This document shows positions 10,873-23,500 of a stretch of DNA of 64,000 bases, one piece after another (the stretch's first letter is position 1; each line of letters opens with the position of its first letter). The notes below the pieces were generated by a model, which saw nothing but the letters and a program-made list of their open reading frames with translations, made no database searches and was not told the origin of the DNA. A program made the translations under genes and the position numbers. This stretch comes from Batkoa obscura. Lineage: Eukaryota. The stretch is taken from contig JASVEC010000013.1 of assembly GCA_030770535.1 (NCBI GenBank), forward strand, positions 496,001 through 560,000, given 5' to 3'.

Positions 10873-13800
10873 TCGATTATGTTATTTGTTTAATATTCTT
10901 TGTTTTTTAAAAAAATAAATAAAGAGAGAAAGAACCACTATTTATACCTAAATTCCAGTTTATAAATTCCAATTACAAAAATGAAAAAGTTCAAAAAAAA
11001 TTGATTTATTTAAGTAATTCTAAAAAGTAATTAGTGTTATTACCAATTTAAGTTCAGCTGGTTTAGTTTGCCCATTTTAATTCACTTACTATGGTGTAAA
11101 ATCAAGTAATGTTTTGAATGATTGGCAATAAAAAATTTAACCATAAATTCTTGACGTTTGATTGGATACCATAGCCGAAATTGATACAAGTTTAAAAAAC
11201 AAAAATATCAATTTATTTATTGTTAGTTTTAAATAAAAATGATGTATAATGAATAATAAAATCAACTTACATTATAAAATAGCTGTAAATATATGCTTAA
11301 AAACTAAAGATATTATTTTTATTCCAATTATTATAAATTAAACAATGTTATTTCTGATTTTTAATTTTGATCTTATTTTTTATAATTAAAAATTAAAAAT
11401 GAATGATGTTTCATATGAATTATTGAACTTTTAAATTTGTATTTTTTATTGTTATTTTTATCTGATTAATTGAAATTAATCAGTCTCTTGACTTTTATAT
11501 TTATGTTTACAGTTGACATTATAACTTCTATTGCTGTATGATAAGCCTAGACTCTCTATATACAAGTATTTACATTATATGTCCATCTTTACTTTTACTC
11601 ATTACTATTATATCCAGTATGTATATTTGTCACTATATAGTATATTAAATATAATAGATAGAACATTAAATCAAAATAAGCTTAAGTCTATTCATTAGTA
11701 ATCAAAGTAACTAATATAAATGATAATAGTTATTATATCAATAAATATATAAAAATAATACGCACCGTAGTTCATTTGATGAGATCATAGTTTCAGGGAA
11801 AGATTTACCCCCTTTACTATTATAAAGCTCGCTATATTTCACATTTTTTATTGTTACTTTATATTCATTCTTGATATTTTATAGCCATTCGTACTATGTT
11901 TAACTATGCTTTGTTATATATATAAATGCGGATATCGCTTGTTTTAATTTATATATATAATATAGTAGTATTTGTATAAATAAATACTGCTCTTTTCTCT
12001 TCATCAACTTTGATTTATCATTTGATAATAGTATTAAATCATCAAAAATAATTTAGTAGTTGCTAATGTGAACTTATATTCTTATTGTGTATTAATTTGG
12101 TTTGTGTATTGCGCTATTTATGAACATTTGAATTGATTATAGTTGGATCATTACATATCATACTAAATGAATGGCGCTGCCTATAGAAAAATCAAAAGTA
12201 CTTGTTTACATGCATATATATGTTGTTCATTAATAAAGGAAGATTGAATTAGATAGCTCAATTTTTCAAACTTTTATAATCAAATGAGATATCAAAATTA
12301 CAAGAAATAAATAGAATTGGGCTCTTTATTTAAAACATTAATATTATCTTTAAAATAGACAACAAGATTTTTGTAACTTATACTTTGTTTTTTACAATTT
12401 AAAGTTTAGTAATTAAAATTAATTTAATACATTTAAAGTACTTTATCTATTGATATTAGATTGGTCTATTTAATATGAATTGATATCAAGATTTCAAACT
12501 AAATCTAAAGCATAGAGTTTATTAAAATAAGAAATTCAATAATATATAACTATTAATATATTAAAGATATAATTTAAAATATAAGATGAAATAGAATAAA
12601 GTATCAGTTGTATCGAGGTTTAAACAGTATAGTATTCACGGTTTAAAAAATAAAACAAGATAAACTATAAAAAAGGATAAAAAAGTAAAAAGATCAAAGT
12701 TAAGTAACAATAGTAATTTATTAGGATCATTAAATAATGAACTAAAATAGTAATAAGGAAAAGCTATAAACTTGTTACTTTTAGGTTCATTGTAAATAGT
12801 AGATCCGTTTTTATCCTTAATTTCTACTCATTTCAAATCTATACTATAGTGTCATTACAATTCATTATCAATAAGTAAACACCTCACTTTAATTCCTATT
12901 TTTATTATTGTCACTGTTATTATCTCTTTTTTGTTTTATCTGCATTTACTAAGAGATTTAATAGCATTTATTGAAGTTTGATACTTAAAAGAATAAATTA
13001 TTATATTGTTAGTAATACAATAAAATGAAAGAATAAAAACTAGTTAGATAATTTATATTAAACAATACAATATTACCTTAAAGTGAACTTTAGCTTTAGT
13101 ATCTTAATTCTTTTTATTTATATCATATAAAATCAAGATTGGTTATTTTATTTGGAATTCAAACTTAAATAGAAAGTAAAATGATAATATAAAATAGAAA
13201 TAAAACTTGTAAGTAACCAAATTAAATTTCGGTTAAACTGATGGAAATAGGTATTATATGGAATAAATCAAAAAACCATACAGATTGTTCACAAATAACT
13301 ATGAATTCGTGACATATATATGGTACTATCCGCTCATTTGTTTCATTTTTATTTTGGGTCATAATTGAGTGGATATTATTTAATAATATAACAGTGATAT
13401 ATAAAATGAATTAAAGATATAACTAAAATTAAAATTAATTAAATATAGCAATTATAAAATTAACAATAAACTGCAAAAAAATAAAAGTAGCAACTATAGT
13501 TAATCCCATAATTAAACAGAGACAATTTTTTGACCATGGAAAATTTAAACTCCGAAAGTTTAATTTTTTAGTAATGTTTTATTATCAGAGTTTACTAATA
13601 ATTTTTTTAAACTTTTAATCGCTCAAGAAGTGGATAAAATATTGAAATAGGAAAAAACATTCCTATATGGGAATTTACGTTTTTTGTATAAATATAATAT
13701 AATAATCATTGTGTACAACGAAGTGGCTATAATATATACGCTATAATATTCGGAATCATGAAAACTAAAAATCAGGACTTATATTATAAAATATGAGTTG

Positions 13801-14100
13801 ATTTTCTTTCATATATTTTTCATTTTGGTTTATTTAATATATTTTAATAACCCTTTATTCAATAGTAATAGTGATTATATTTTTGGTTAAAAAAAATGAA
13901 GATTACTAATTAAACTTTTAAGAATAAAAGAATATTTATAACAATAGTAACCGTATTAGCAATAAACTAAAAAAGGAATGATAAAAAATAATGACAGATC
14001 TTATGAATATACAAAAATGAAAATAAACAGTAACAATATAAAAAAGTTTATAAAATAAAATAAGTAATGATTATATTTAAATAGAATAACATCAGTTTTA

Positions 14101-15255
14101 TCAGCTTATCAAAAATACAGCAAAACAAATGATTAATTGAGCCAATACCTTATTTTTAGCACCATGTAAGTTCAACGTGGCATTACTAGTAAAAAAATCA
14201 TCGATTTCACTCTCACTATTATTATCACTGCTGACTGTAGTACTATCCTCTTCTGAGTTACTACTGGTAGTATCTGTATCATCATCAGAATTACAAATAC
14301 AGCTACCCTGCTGGTTACAACTCATAAATTTAACTCCACTTTTATTAGTACATTGGTTGTCTCGACAATTTTTTTGGAATGATATACAATCGGAGAGAGA
14401 TAAACTGGATGTTGGCGCAGGTGGAGATGTATTGGATAAGGTTTCTGTAGTGGTAAAGGAAGGAGGACTGGATAAGGTAGGACTGGATAAAAGAGGAGTA
14501 GAAGTAGTAGCAAGAGTAGGTGAGCTTAAGGGAATGGAATTGGTAATTGGTAAAGACAAAGTAGGGCTAACTAAACTATTAGTAGGAGACAAGGTGGGAG
14601 GCAAGGTAGGGGACAAAGTAGGGGAAATATTGATAGTAGATAATAAGGAAGACAATAAAGAGGAGGGAAATAAATAATGAGAATTAGGATTTAAATTGTT
14701 ATTTGGGGTAGGCAAATTCGAGTTTAGATTTGGATTAAGATTATTGTTTGATACTACTGGTGTATATTTGATTCCATTCAATAGCATGGCAAGGTCGTCA
14801 TTCCCTATATTTGCTTTATTATTCGATGTAGATTGTTGCGGTTTATTTATTACTGGAACCTCATTTCTATTATTGCCTATCATAGTAATCTCGTTTTTAT
14901 TATTACTTATTATTGGAATCTCATTTTTATTGTCACTTACATTATCCTTGTTTAGTTTATTTGAAGGTAAAAAATTTGAAGAAGGCGACAAGACTTCAGA
15001 TTTAAAATTATTGTTAATATTGTTAATATTGTTAATACCTATACTTTTATCGTTATTATATGAGTTCTCATTTCTATCTAAAATTTCGGTTTGAGGATAT
15101 AGATCGTTTAAATTTTTCTTATTATAATAATTATCGGAATTCTGATCCATGTTATTCCACGAGTTTAAAAAATCACTATTTTCATTAGTCTGAATAAAAT
15201 TATTATTAGATAGATATGAAGAAATAAATAGTACTATAAATGAGTAAGATTTCAT
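14101..15255 (-). CDS. Secreted, probably GPI-anchored Ser/Thr/Pro/Asn-rich cell-surface protein with a 6-Cys module
   Basis: Likely start MKSYSFIVLFISS at 15255 (the upstream ORF extension runs through a TATAAAA repeat); SPTL repeats; CISFQKNCRDNQC..SCNQQGSCIC; hydrophobic C-terminal tail. Confidence 0.75.
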   Translation of the reverse strand: MKSYSFIVLFISSYLSNNNFIQTNENSDFLNSWNNMDQNSDNYYNKKNLNDLYPQTEILDRNENSYNNDKSIGINNINNINNNFKSEVLSPSSNFLPSNKLNKDNVSDNKNEIPIISNNKNEITMIGNNRNEVPVINKPQQSTSNNKANIGNDDLAMLLNGIKYTPVVSNNNLNPNLNSNLPTPNNNLNPNSHYLFPSSLLSSLLSTINISPTLSPTLPPTLSPTNSLVSPTLSLPITNSIPLSSPTLATTSTPLLSSPTLSSPPSFTTTETLSNTSPPAPTSSLSLSDCISFQKNCRDNQCTNKSGVKFMSCNQQGSCICNSDDDTDTTSSNSEEDSTTVSSDNNSESEIDDFFTSNATLNLHGAKNKVLAQLIICFAVFLIS

Positions 15256-15285
15256 GTTGATTGGTGTAATAGAAATCAATGTAAG

Positions 15286-15325
15286 TATAAAATATAAAAT
15301 ATAAAATATAAAATATAAAATATAA
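15286..15325. repeat. (TATAAAA)n tandem repeat, about 5.5 units
   Basis: tataaaatataaaatataaaatataaaatataaaatataaa. Confidence 0.85.
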
Positions 15326-16282
15326 ACTGTAGTTATAAGTATAGATAAATTAAAGAAAAAAAGAATAAACCTTAAATTCATTAATATTTCATTTTTATAT
15401 ATTCTATTTTTGTTTTACTTAACAATTAGAATGAAATCAAATAAATCTTGAAACATAAACGCCAGTTTGAAATTAGTTAGAGAACTTTAAAAATAGTCAG
15501 CTAAAAAATTGTTAAAATAAAAAATAACTTCTTTAATAAAAAGAACTTTCGATTTAATTTTGAGTTCTTTATAAAAAATAAGAGTTCAAAAACTTAGATT
15601 AATTTGGAAAAATAAATTTTATTGAGCAAATACAGTAAGCATAAATAATAACGCCAGTTCTTTAATAAAGTTGCTATCATCTATTCTTTTTTGAGATTTT
15701 CCATTATAAATGCTATTAAAAAATGGGATTTTTTTAATAAAGGATCATTTTAAGGTTAAATTTACCTCAAATAATGAATTAATAAAACATTCAAATTAAA
15801 CACCAACAACACAAAGTTACTATCATCGAAATCACAACCTGATGCTCCTTTACTATTTATTTTTATCTCATAATAATAGCAAATCCTTTTAAGGCTCGAA
15901 ATTGAGCAACTGGTTTTTGAAACATTGATAAAGTGAACTAGGGAACAGATAATTCGCACACCAAAAGATTAGGATAAACGTGAAGATAAAGCTCGAAATA
16001 GATGTAAAATTATTAAATAAAATAATGAAAAGATAATTTAATTAAATACAATTAGAACAATATAAAATGAATAGGTGGCTGTTTATTATTCCTATTATTA
16101 AAAATAACTTTTTATTAAACTATTTTTTATTTTTATTATATATTTATACATATACAATGAAAATAAACTTTAAAAAAAGATAGTCTAAAAAGAAAGGAAA
16201 GGGAGAGAAAGCACAAGAGATAGATAAAACAAACTAAAAATGGAATCAAAAACTAAAGGCAACAATGATGTCATTTAATGCC

Positions 16283-17275
16283 TTATTTACTATTAGTTTT
16301 AGGAACATGAATTTTTAAATGTTGGTTTAAATTATCAGACCTAGCGAATCTTTTTTGACAGTGAGTACAAGCATATGGTTTGTAGCTAGTGTGTAATGAT
16401 TGATAATGTCTTTTAAGATGTTCGGGTCGTTTAAATACTCTTTTGCAACTCTCATAAACACATATATGGGGTTGTTGTGGACCTATATTACTTGCTAAGC
16501 TACCTCTTCTTACACTTTTTTTCTTAGGAATAACAGGGTTATTGGGATTGGTAATTATAACATTATTATCTAATGAATTTGTACGGTTATTACACGGTTT
16601 GGGTCCTTTAGGTTCATTATCATTATCATTATCATTATCATTATTGTTAAATTGGAAATAGTGAACAAGATTGGGTTCTGATAACGTTCTTCCTCTTCCA
16701 CGATGGTTTAACTCATTATATTGATTGTTTCCAATACCTTCAGTCATTCTCATATTATTATTCATTGAATTATTATAATTTAGATAATAATTTAAATTGG
16801 CACTTTCACTATTATAAATATTGTTATTACTACTACTCAATAAATTATTTATATTCCTCTCATTATCTTCGCTATCAATGGTTAATCTAACTTCACTATC
16901 TCCCTCTTTAATATAAGACATTAAATTTTGCTTAACGCCTATTTTATTAATATTATTAATATTATTAATATTATTAATATTATCATTGTTGTTGTTTTGG
17001 GTATTGTAAGTTTGATTATAATAATTCAAATAAGGGTCTTCATGAATTGGATAAAAAATAGAGTCGATCATGGGATTAGTTGTATATATGCTTGTCTCAT
17101 CAATTATTGGTAACATGTTATAAGAAAAGTGAGATGGATTAGTGCTATTAGATATCATATCATTATTGTTGTTATCATGACTATTATCATGATTAATGTA
17201 AATAGAGTCCAAGACTGGGTCTTCACTATTTAAAATAAAGTTATTGTTATTACTTTCGTTATCTTTTTGAAACAT
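16283..17275 (-). CDS. C2H2 zinc-finger transcription factor, Msn2/Seb1-like (paralog of 10030..10872)
   Basis: [21 protein letters not shown] and [25 protein letters not shown]-type site before the fingers; Asn-rich N-terminus. Confidence 0.9.
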   Translation of the reverse strand: MFQKDNESNNNNFILNSEDPVLDSIYINHDNSHDNNNNDMISNSTNPSHFSYNMLPIIDETSIYTTNPMIDSIFYPIHEDPYLNYYNQTYNTQNNNNDNINNINNINNINKIGVKQNLMSYIKEGDSEVRLTIDSEDNERNINNLLSSSNNNIYNSESANLNYYLNYNNSMNNNMRMTEGIGNNQYNELNHRGRGRTLSEPNLVHYFQFNNNDNDNDNDNEPKGPKPCNNRTNSLDNNVIITNPNNPVIPKKKSVRRGSLASNIGPQQPHICVYESCKRVFKRPEHLKRHYQSLHTSYKPYACTHCQKRFARSDNLNQHLKIHVPKTNSK

Positions 17276-18410
17276 TATTTGAATTAACTAAACTTAAAAA
17301 TTTAAAGAGTAACAAAGTAAAATAATAAAAAATTGAAATTTATTTTTTAATTGAATAAAATCGAACATTTTTATAGCTTCTAAGTGGTAATTTAAAAATT
17401 ATAAACAGGAAACTAAAACAAATAGAAAATGCAGATAACTAATCAAGAGAATATAATGTGACAAAATTAGAAGTTGAAGTATAATTTCTAAATAAAATAC
17501 ATTATTATTAGCACTGCACGCAAATCAAAGTCAAAATGAATAATAAATTACTAGTAATAATTTATTCTTAAAATTATATCATTTATAGTTTATGGTTAAA
17601 TTAATTTTATGATAATTTGAAACTTGTAATTTTAACTTTTAATTTATTTATGTAAAAACTGTACATGCTATTGGCGGATAGTTACTATAATTATCATTAG
17701 AGACTTCTAATTTTAGCAATGTCCCTTGATTTTATAGATAGTTAATTGAAGTCTATTATTACATTTAAAAATAACAATTTGCTTTTTACTATTTTATTAC
17801 TTTATTACTTCAAATAGCATTGTCGCTCTTTCTTATCTATTATTTTATTCTATTAAATATACCATTATATGATTAAAGTCTTTTTTACTTCAAATGTAAC
17901 AATATCTAATTTTTTATAATTATACTTATAATAGTTAATAATCTAATTACATAAAGTATAGCAGTGTTAACATCCCTTTAAGTCCTATCTTTAATCAAAC
18001 TAAATTTGGTCATTTCATTGTTTATCCTTGTATAAATAGATAATAAAAATGTATACACTTTATAATAAATGATTTAATCGTACATTTTGTATTTATAATC
18101 ATTCAATTCAATATTTGATTTCTTTAAAATAGAGTCTTAGTTATTTCTTGAATTAATTTACAATGATATTAGATAATAAAATTATTAGAAACAATGATAT
18201 ACCTGGTTATTATCTTTGAAATAAATTTCAAGTGGGATGTTTATTTGAATTTACTACTTTGAATTACAGGTTGTTTTTAAAACAATAGTCAAATGTCCTT
18301 GAGCAATAATCTTGTTTATAAAATAATTATAGAATATAAAATTCAATCTTAAAAATAAAACTGATAGATACGAATAATAATGAATATAATATGCATGTAA
18401 CTATAAAGAC

Positions 18411-19004
18411 TTAACAATGAATATCAACTAAAAGAGAGCAAGAGATACAATTAATTAAAACGGATAACCCAACCTCTAGTTCTTTTTTAACTCCTTCAAT
18501 ATCTTCAATTAAATAGTACTCTCCACAACGACATGGAAGGGTATATATTCCTATTAAATTAAATCTATTTATTATATATATATATTGTTTTTCTTACCTT
18601 CTTCTTCCTCTTCTATAAAATCATCTATTTCTACTATTTGATCTATTACTCCGGGTTGAGATAATCTTCTTTCTATAAGTAAACAATATTAATTATTGCT
18701 ATTACCATTATTATTTAATGCTCACCATTTAATCCCAAGTCATAAACATGCTTTAATTCTTCATTTGATAATATAAAATAAGCTTTTTGTATCTTCTCAA
18801 ATATTTTTTGGTCTTCTTTTTCGCCCCTTTGTTTTTGCTTATCTGGATGATGCTAAATTATTAATAATTCAATTCAATACTTTATTATATAATTATTATA
18901 ATTTTATTATATATTACCTTTAGCACCAATTCTTGATATCTTTTTCTTAATATTTGTTTGTTAAATTCGGTTTCATTTATATTCAATACTTCATAATGAT
19001 TCAT
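18411..19004 (-). CDS. DPH4: Diphthamide biosynthesis protein 4 (J-domain + CSL zinc finger), 4 exons: 19004-18918, 18852-18726, 18672-18598, 18550-18411
   Basis: Manual splicing at GT-AG sites gives MNHYEVLNI...YQELVLK/HHPDK...IQKAYFILSN...YTLPCRCGEYY...NCISCSLLVDIHC*; absent from the ORF track. Confidence 0.9.
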
Positions 19005-19192
19005 TCCTTTTTTATCCGGTTATAAAGATCCTTGATTTTCACTTTAAATATAGAAAAGCAGAAAAAAGTTTTATTAGTTAAATTCTAACTATTTAAACCT
19101 AAATTAATTGGTTAAAAAAGAATGATATATTTAGTTTTAGTGTAATTGATTTGCCTAAATAAATCAAATTACAACCCCAAAATTAAGATATA

Positions 19193-19745
19193 CTGGTTGA
19201 GCTAATCGTTCCAATCAAAAACAAATCTTTACGTATTTTGATTATTTACAGAGTAATAACAAAATAAATAAATATTATATCAATAAAATCTCTGCTTTTT
19301 AACATTTAAAATAGTATAGTAAAAAATCATTATTTATGATAGTTCTTTTTAAATAATATCATTCAAAGTTTAAAAGATTAGAACAAAATTTTCACTTTTA
19401 AGTTTACAGTAAACTTATTTGTCAAATTTGAACATAAAATACTAATAAAAATATATGTATAAAATAATTCAAAAAATTTTGTCTAGTAATATTACAAAAC
19501 AAACTGCCACGGTCGTAGTATATAAATGAAGTAATTTCATATTAGGAGCCCCAATAGTTTTTTTTTACTAACATGTTTTTTTTGAATTTCAGGTGTAATT
19601 TTATAAATTTATTTGATTCCTTAAATAAATGAGTATTAGAGCTTAATCAAAATGTCTAATATTTTAAACTTTTTTAATATTTAAAATGATGAAAAATAAG
19701 TTTTGCAGCAAATTTGCTTTTGGTTGGAACAATTAGCTCAACCAG
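19193..19745. mobile_element. Non-autonomous TIR element, ~35-bp TIRs, TA TSD (Tc1/mariner-like)
   Basis: TA|ctggttgagctaatcgttccaatcaaaaacaaat ... atttgcttttggttggaacaattagctcaaccag|TA. Confidence 0.8.
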
Positions 19746-19857
19746 TACAAATGGAGTACAAATATTTCAATATTATAATACTGATCATTACCTTATACTA
19801 TTACCCAGTTTAGATCTTGGGTTTCTCTTAAAAAGATCATAAGCACTCCATATTATA

Positions 19858-20116
19858 TGACATTTTGCGTTCAAATTGGTAATTTCGAAATTAGGCTAAT
19901 CTGAATTAGAAGTTACGTGTTTATAGTATGTATTTTACTTCAGCTTGACCTAATTTCAAAATACAGCTAACTCCAATTGGGGATGTATTTTTTTGTTAGG
20001 AATTTTATTAACAATCTTTCCACTCAAATAGCGCTTAAAAAATGAAAAAAAGTAATGAAACCAAAAAAACACCTCAATTGTTAATACAAATTCACGAATT
20101 TGAACGCAAAATGTCA
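19858..20116. mobile_element. Short TIR element (20-bp perfect TIR, flanked by TA) containing a nested MITE
   Basis: ta|tgacattttgcgttcaaatt ... aatttgaacgcaaaatgtca|ta. Confidence 0.75.
19979..20075 (+). mobile_element. MITE copy 3, TSD AATT (nested in 19858..20116)
   Basis: aatt|ggggatgtattt...aaaaaacacctc|aatt. Confidence 0.88.
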
Positions 20117-20513
20117 TAATGATGAAATTTGTATGAATTTTATAAGCTTTATAAATCCTTTGCTTACTATATTTCTAATGCTATTTTCTAAATTCTTTAC
20201 TTTTTCTTAATATGCAATTTTATAAAACATTATCAATTTATAGAGGGATAATCTTAAGTAGTTAATAGTAGAACCTAGAACCTTGCGATACATTTTGTAT
20301 AATATATTGTTAATTTCCATTGCTCGATTTTATAATAACTTTTTATGTTTTAGCCCTCTTGCTTTATAAAACATATTCTAACTATTTTATAGTCTAATTC
20401 ACTTTTTAAAGTGTCTTAAGAGATTTAGTATAAACTTTTATTTTATATTAAATAAAAAAAATTCATATTCTTAAATTAAATCACTTTTATTACATATAAA
20501 GAACAAATATTAA

Positions 20514-23500
20514 TTAACTTTTATCAAGGTGCTGCTGATGTACTAAAGAACAATAAAATCCTCTAATATTTAATAATTCTTCATGGGTACCCATTTCGAC
20601 GATTTTGCCCAACTTCATTACTATAATACAATCACAATCTTGTACTGTAGAAAGACGATGAGCAATAGTAATTGTTGTTCTACCTTCTGCAGCTTTATCT
20701 AATGCAACTTGTACTACTTTTTCAGAATCGGAATCTAAAGCTGAGGTAGCTTCGTCTAATAACAATAACTTAGGATTTAAGAGTACGGCTCTAGCAATAG
20801 CAATTCTTTGTTTTTGACCACCAGATAATTTACCACCACGTTCACCAACTCTAGTATCATAACCTTCAGGTTGTTCCAAAATAAAGTTATGAGCATTTGC
20901 CATCTTAGCAGCATTGATAATCTCTTCTTCACTTGCATCAGGTCTACCATAAGCTATATTTTCTCTGATAGTTAAATCAAATAAAACTGGTTCTTGTCCT
21001 ACTATGGCCATACCTGATCTTAAATAAGGCAAATTCCATTCTTTAATATTAGTTCCTTCTATATGTAATGAGCCAGAGTTCAAGTCATAGAATCGCTGAA
21101 TTAAGCTAATCACTGTAGATTTTCCTGAACCTGAAGACCCAACTAAAGCTACTCGTTTTCCAGCTAATACAGAAACATTCAAGCCTTGAAGAATAGGTAT
21201 ATCTGAGCGTGTAGGGTATGAAAATCTAGCATTACTTAGTTTTACATTCCCAGTTAATTTAGCTGGACGGGCACCATAATCTTCACCACAATTAATATTC
21301 GATTTACGATCCAATAACTTAAAAATGTCTTGGGCTGCAATTTTAGCTTTAACATAAGTGGTGATTTGAGATGATGAATTTCCCAAAGCAGCCCCAGTAA
21401 AAACTACTGAAATTACTACCTGAAACATTTGCGCAAAATCATACTCTTTGTTTATTACTAGAGTACTTCCGTACCAAAAGGCCAAAGAATAAATAATAAA
21501 TGGTGCTCCCATAGCAAAGCTATAACCAAGAGATGCTTTGTAAATACTAATTAAAGTGGAACGATGGGCTTTGGTTACTAACTTTTCATAATCCTCTAAA
21601 AATGCCTTTTCTTTGCTAAGCCCAGTAACAGTACGAATATTCTTAATAGATTCAGTTGCAATTTGAGAAACTTGTTCATAACTTTGTTTAGCATTACTAT
21701 TTAAATCCTCCAATACTTTGATTTCATAAAACACCACAAGCGCAGCTAACGGTATACATACTAAAACAACCAAAGTAAGTTTCCAGCCATGATAAAAAGC
21801 AATCCCTAATCCCACACTAAATGAAGAAATAGCCATTAAAATTGGGCCCGAAACTTTGGATACCAATTGTTGAACATTCTGAGCTTCAACAGATAATTTA
21901 GCGCACAATACCCCAACTCCATGGTTAGGGTTATCATAAAACGCGATTTCTTGACTTAATAAATTTTTAAATGCTTTTAATCGAATTTCATAAGTTATGG
22001 ACTCTCCAACGTATTCTAAGGCTCCTACTTTAAGGCTTACAGTGATAAAAGTGAAGGCTCCTAATGCAACAAACATTAAGCAATAGAATTTAGCGTCTTC
22101 TATTCCTTTTCTGTGAAACTCAACTGTGGCAATCTCAATAAATGACACAGATATCTGGCCCAATATTAAAGAATATATTGGTGCTATAGCACCAATACAT
22201 AGGGATCCGATCATCCCTAAAAAAGTAATCATTTTCCATGAAGTAGTCATCATTAACACTCTTATTAAGGATGAAAATTGCTTTCTAGTTTTTATTCCTT
22301 CCGAAATAGATTTATTTAACTTGATTTTAGTTACCTCATTTTCTTTCTCATCAAAAGTTAGTATTGTAGCTTCCTTCATTATTATTTTGTTTTTTGGTTT
22401 ATTTTTTGATAACTCTTTATTAATCAAATAACTTTGATCTTCATTTTGATCATCATCAGTACGTATCTTCTGTGATTCAACTAACCCAGCGTATATGCCT
22501 CCCTCTTCCAATAATTCTTCATGGCTACCTTCTTCTTCAATTTTACCATTATTAAATACTAAAATTTTATCTACATCTCTAATTGTAGATAGACGATGGG
22601 CAATAACAATTGTAGTACGATTTTTAGCGGCATTGTTTAAAGCAATTTGAACAATTTTTTCAGATTCCGAGTCAAGGGCAGATGTAGCTTCATCTAATAA
22701 TAATATCTTCGGGTTCTTAATTAAGGCTCTTGCAATAGCAATACGTTGTTTTTGACCACCTGATAATAAAGAGCCTTTTTCACCAACTTGAGTTTCATAA
22801 CCTTCGGGCAAAGTCATAATAAAATCATGGATATTAGCTAATCTACAAACTTCTTCAATCCTTTTTTGAATTATTTCATCATCCTTTTGTTTTTCATTGT
22901 ATTCATCATTAGACAGGCCAAACAGTATGTTTTGTTTAATGGATGTAGAAAATAAGATAGGCTCTTGCCCAACAATACCAATATGATTTCTCAGAAATTC
23001 AACGCTGACATCTCTTATATCTATTCCATCAATAGTAATCGATCCCGAGTTTATATCATAAAACCTTTCAATTAATCCAACCGTAGTGCTTTTTCCAGAT
23101 CCTGAGGGTCCAACCAATGCTACAGTAGTTCCAACATTAACTTTTAGATTTAAATTGTTTAGTGTGATAATGTCGGAACGCGTTGGATAAGAAAAAATAA
23201 CATTATTGAATTGAATTTCACCTTCAAAATTTTCTATCTTCCTCTCTCTTTGTTTGATTAATTCAGTACATATGAATGGATTGATTTTGGATTCTCTTTC
23301 AATGACTTGAAATAATTTAGCTGCTGCTCCTTGTGCAGTCGCTAATGCAGCCAGAAACGGTGAACTATGTCCAATTGATAGAGCTCCTAAAATAACTGAA
23401 AAAAATACTGAAATTACATTTTCTGGTTTATAACCCTCCTCTGTAATTAGTTTACTCCCATACCACATTCCAAGCGAATAAGTCAAAAGTACAATAAATT

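Noticed and set aside
10169..15094. Plus-strand ORFs 10169-10603, 14177-14677 and 14696-15094
   Set aside because: Antisense shadows of low-complexity real genes; Leu/Val-rich with no motifs
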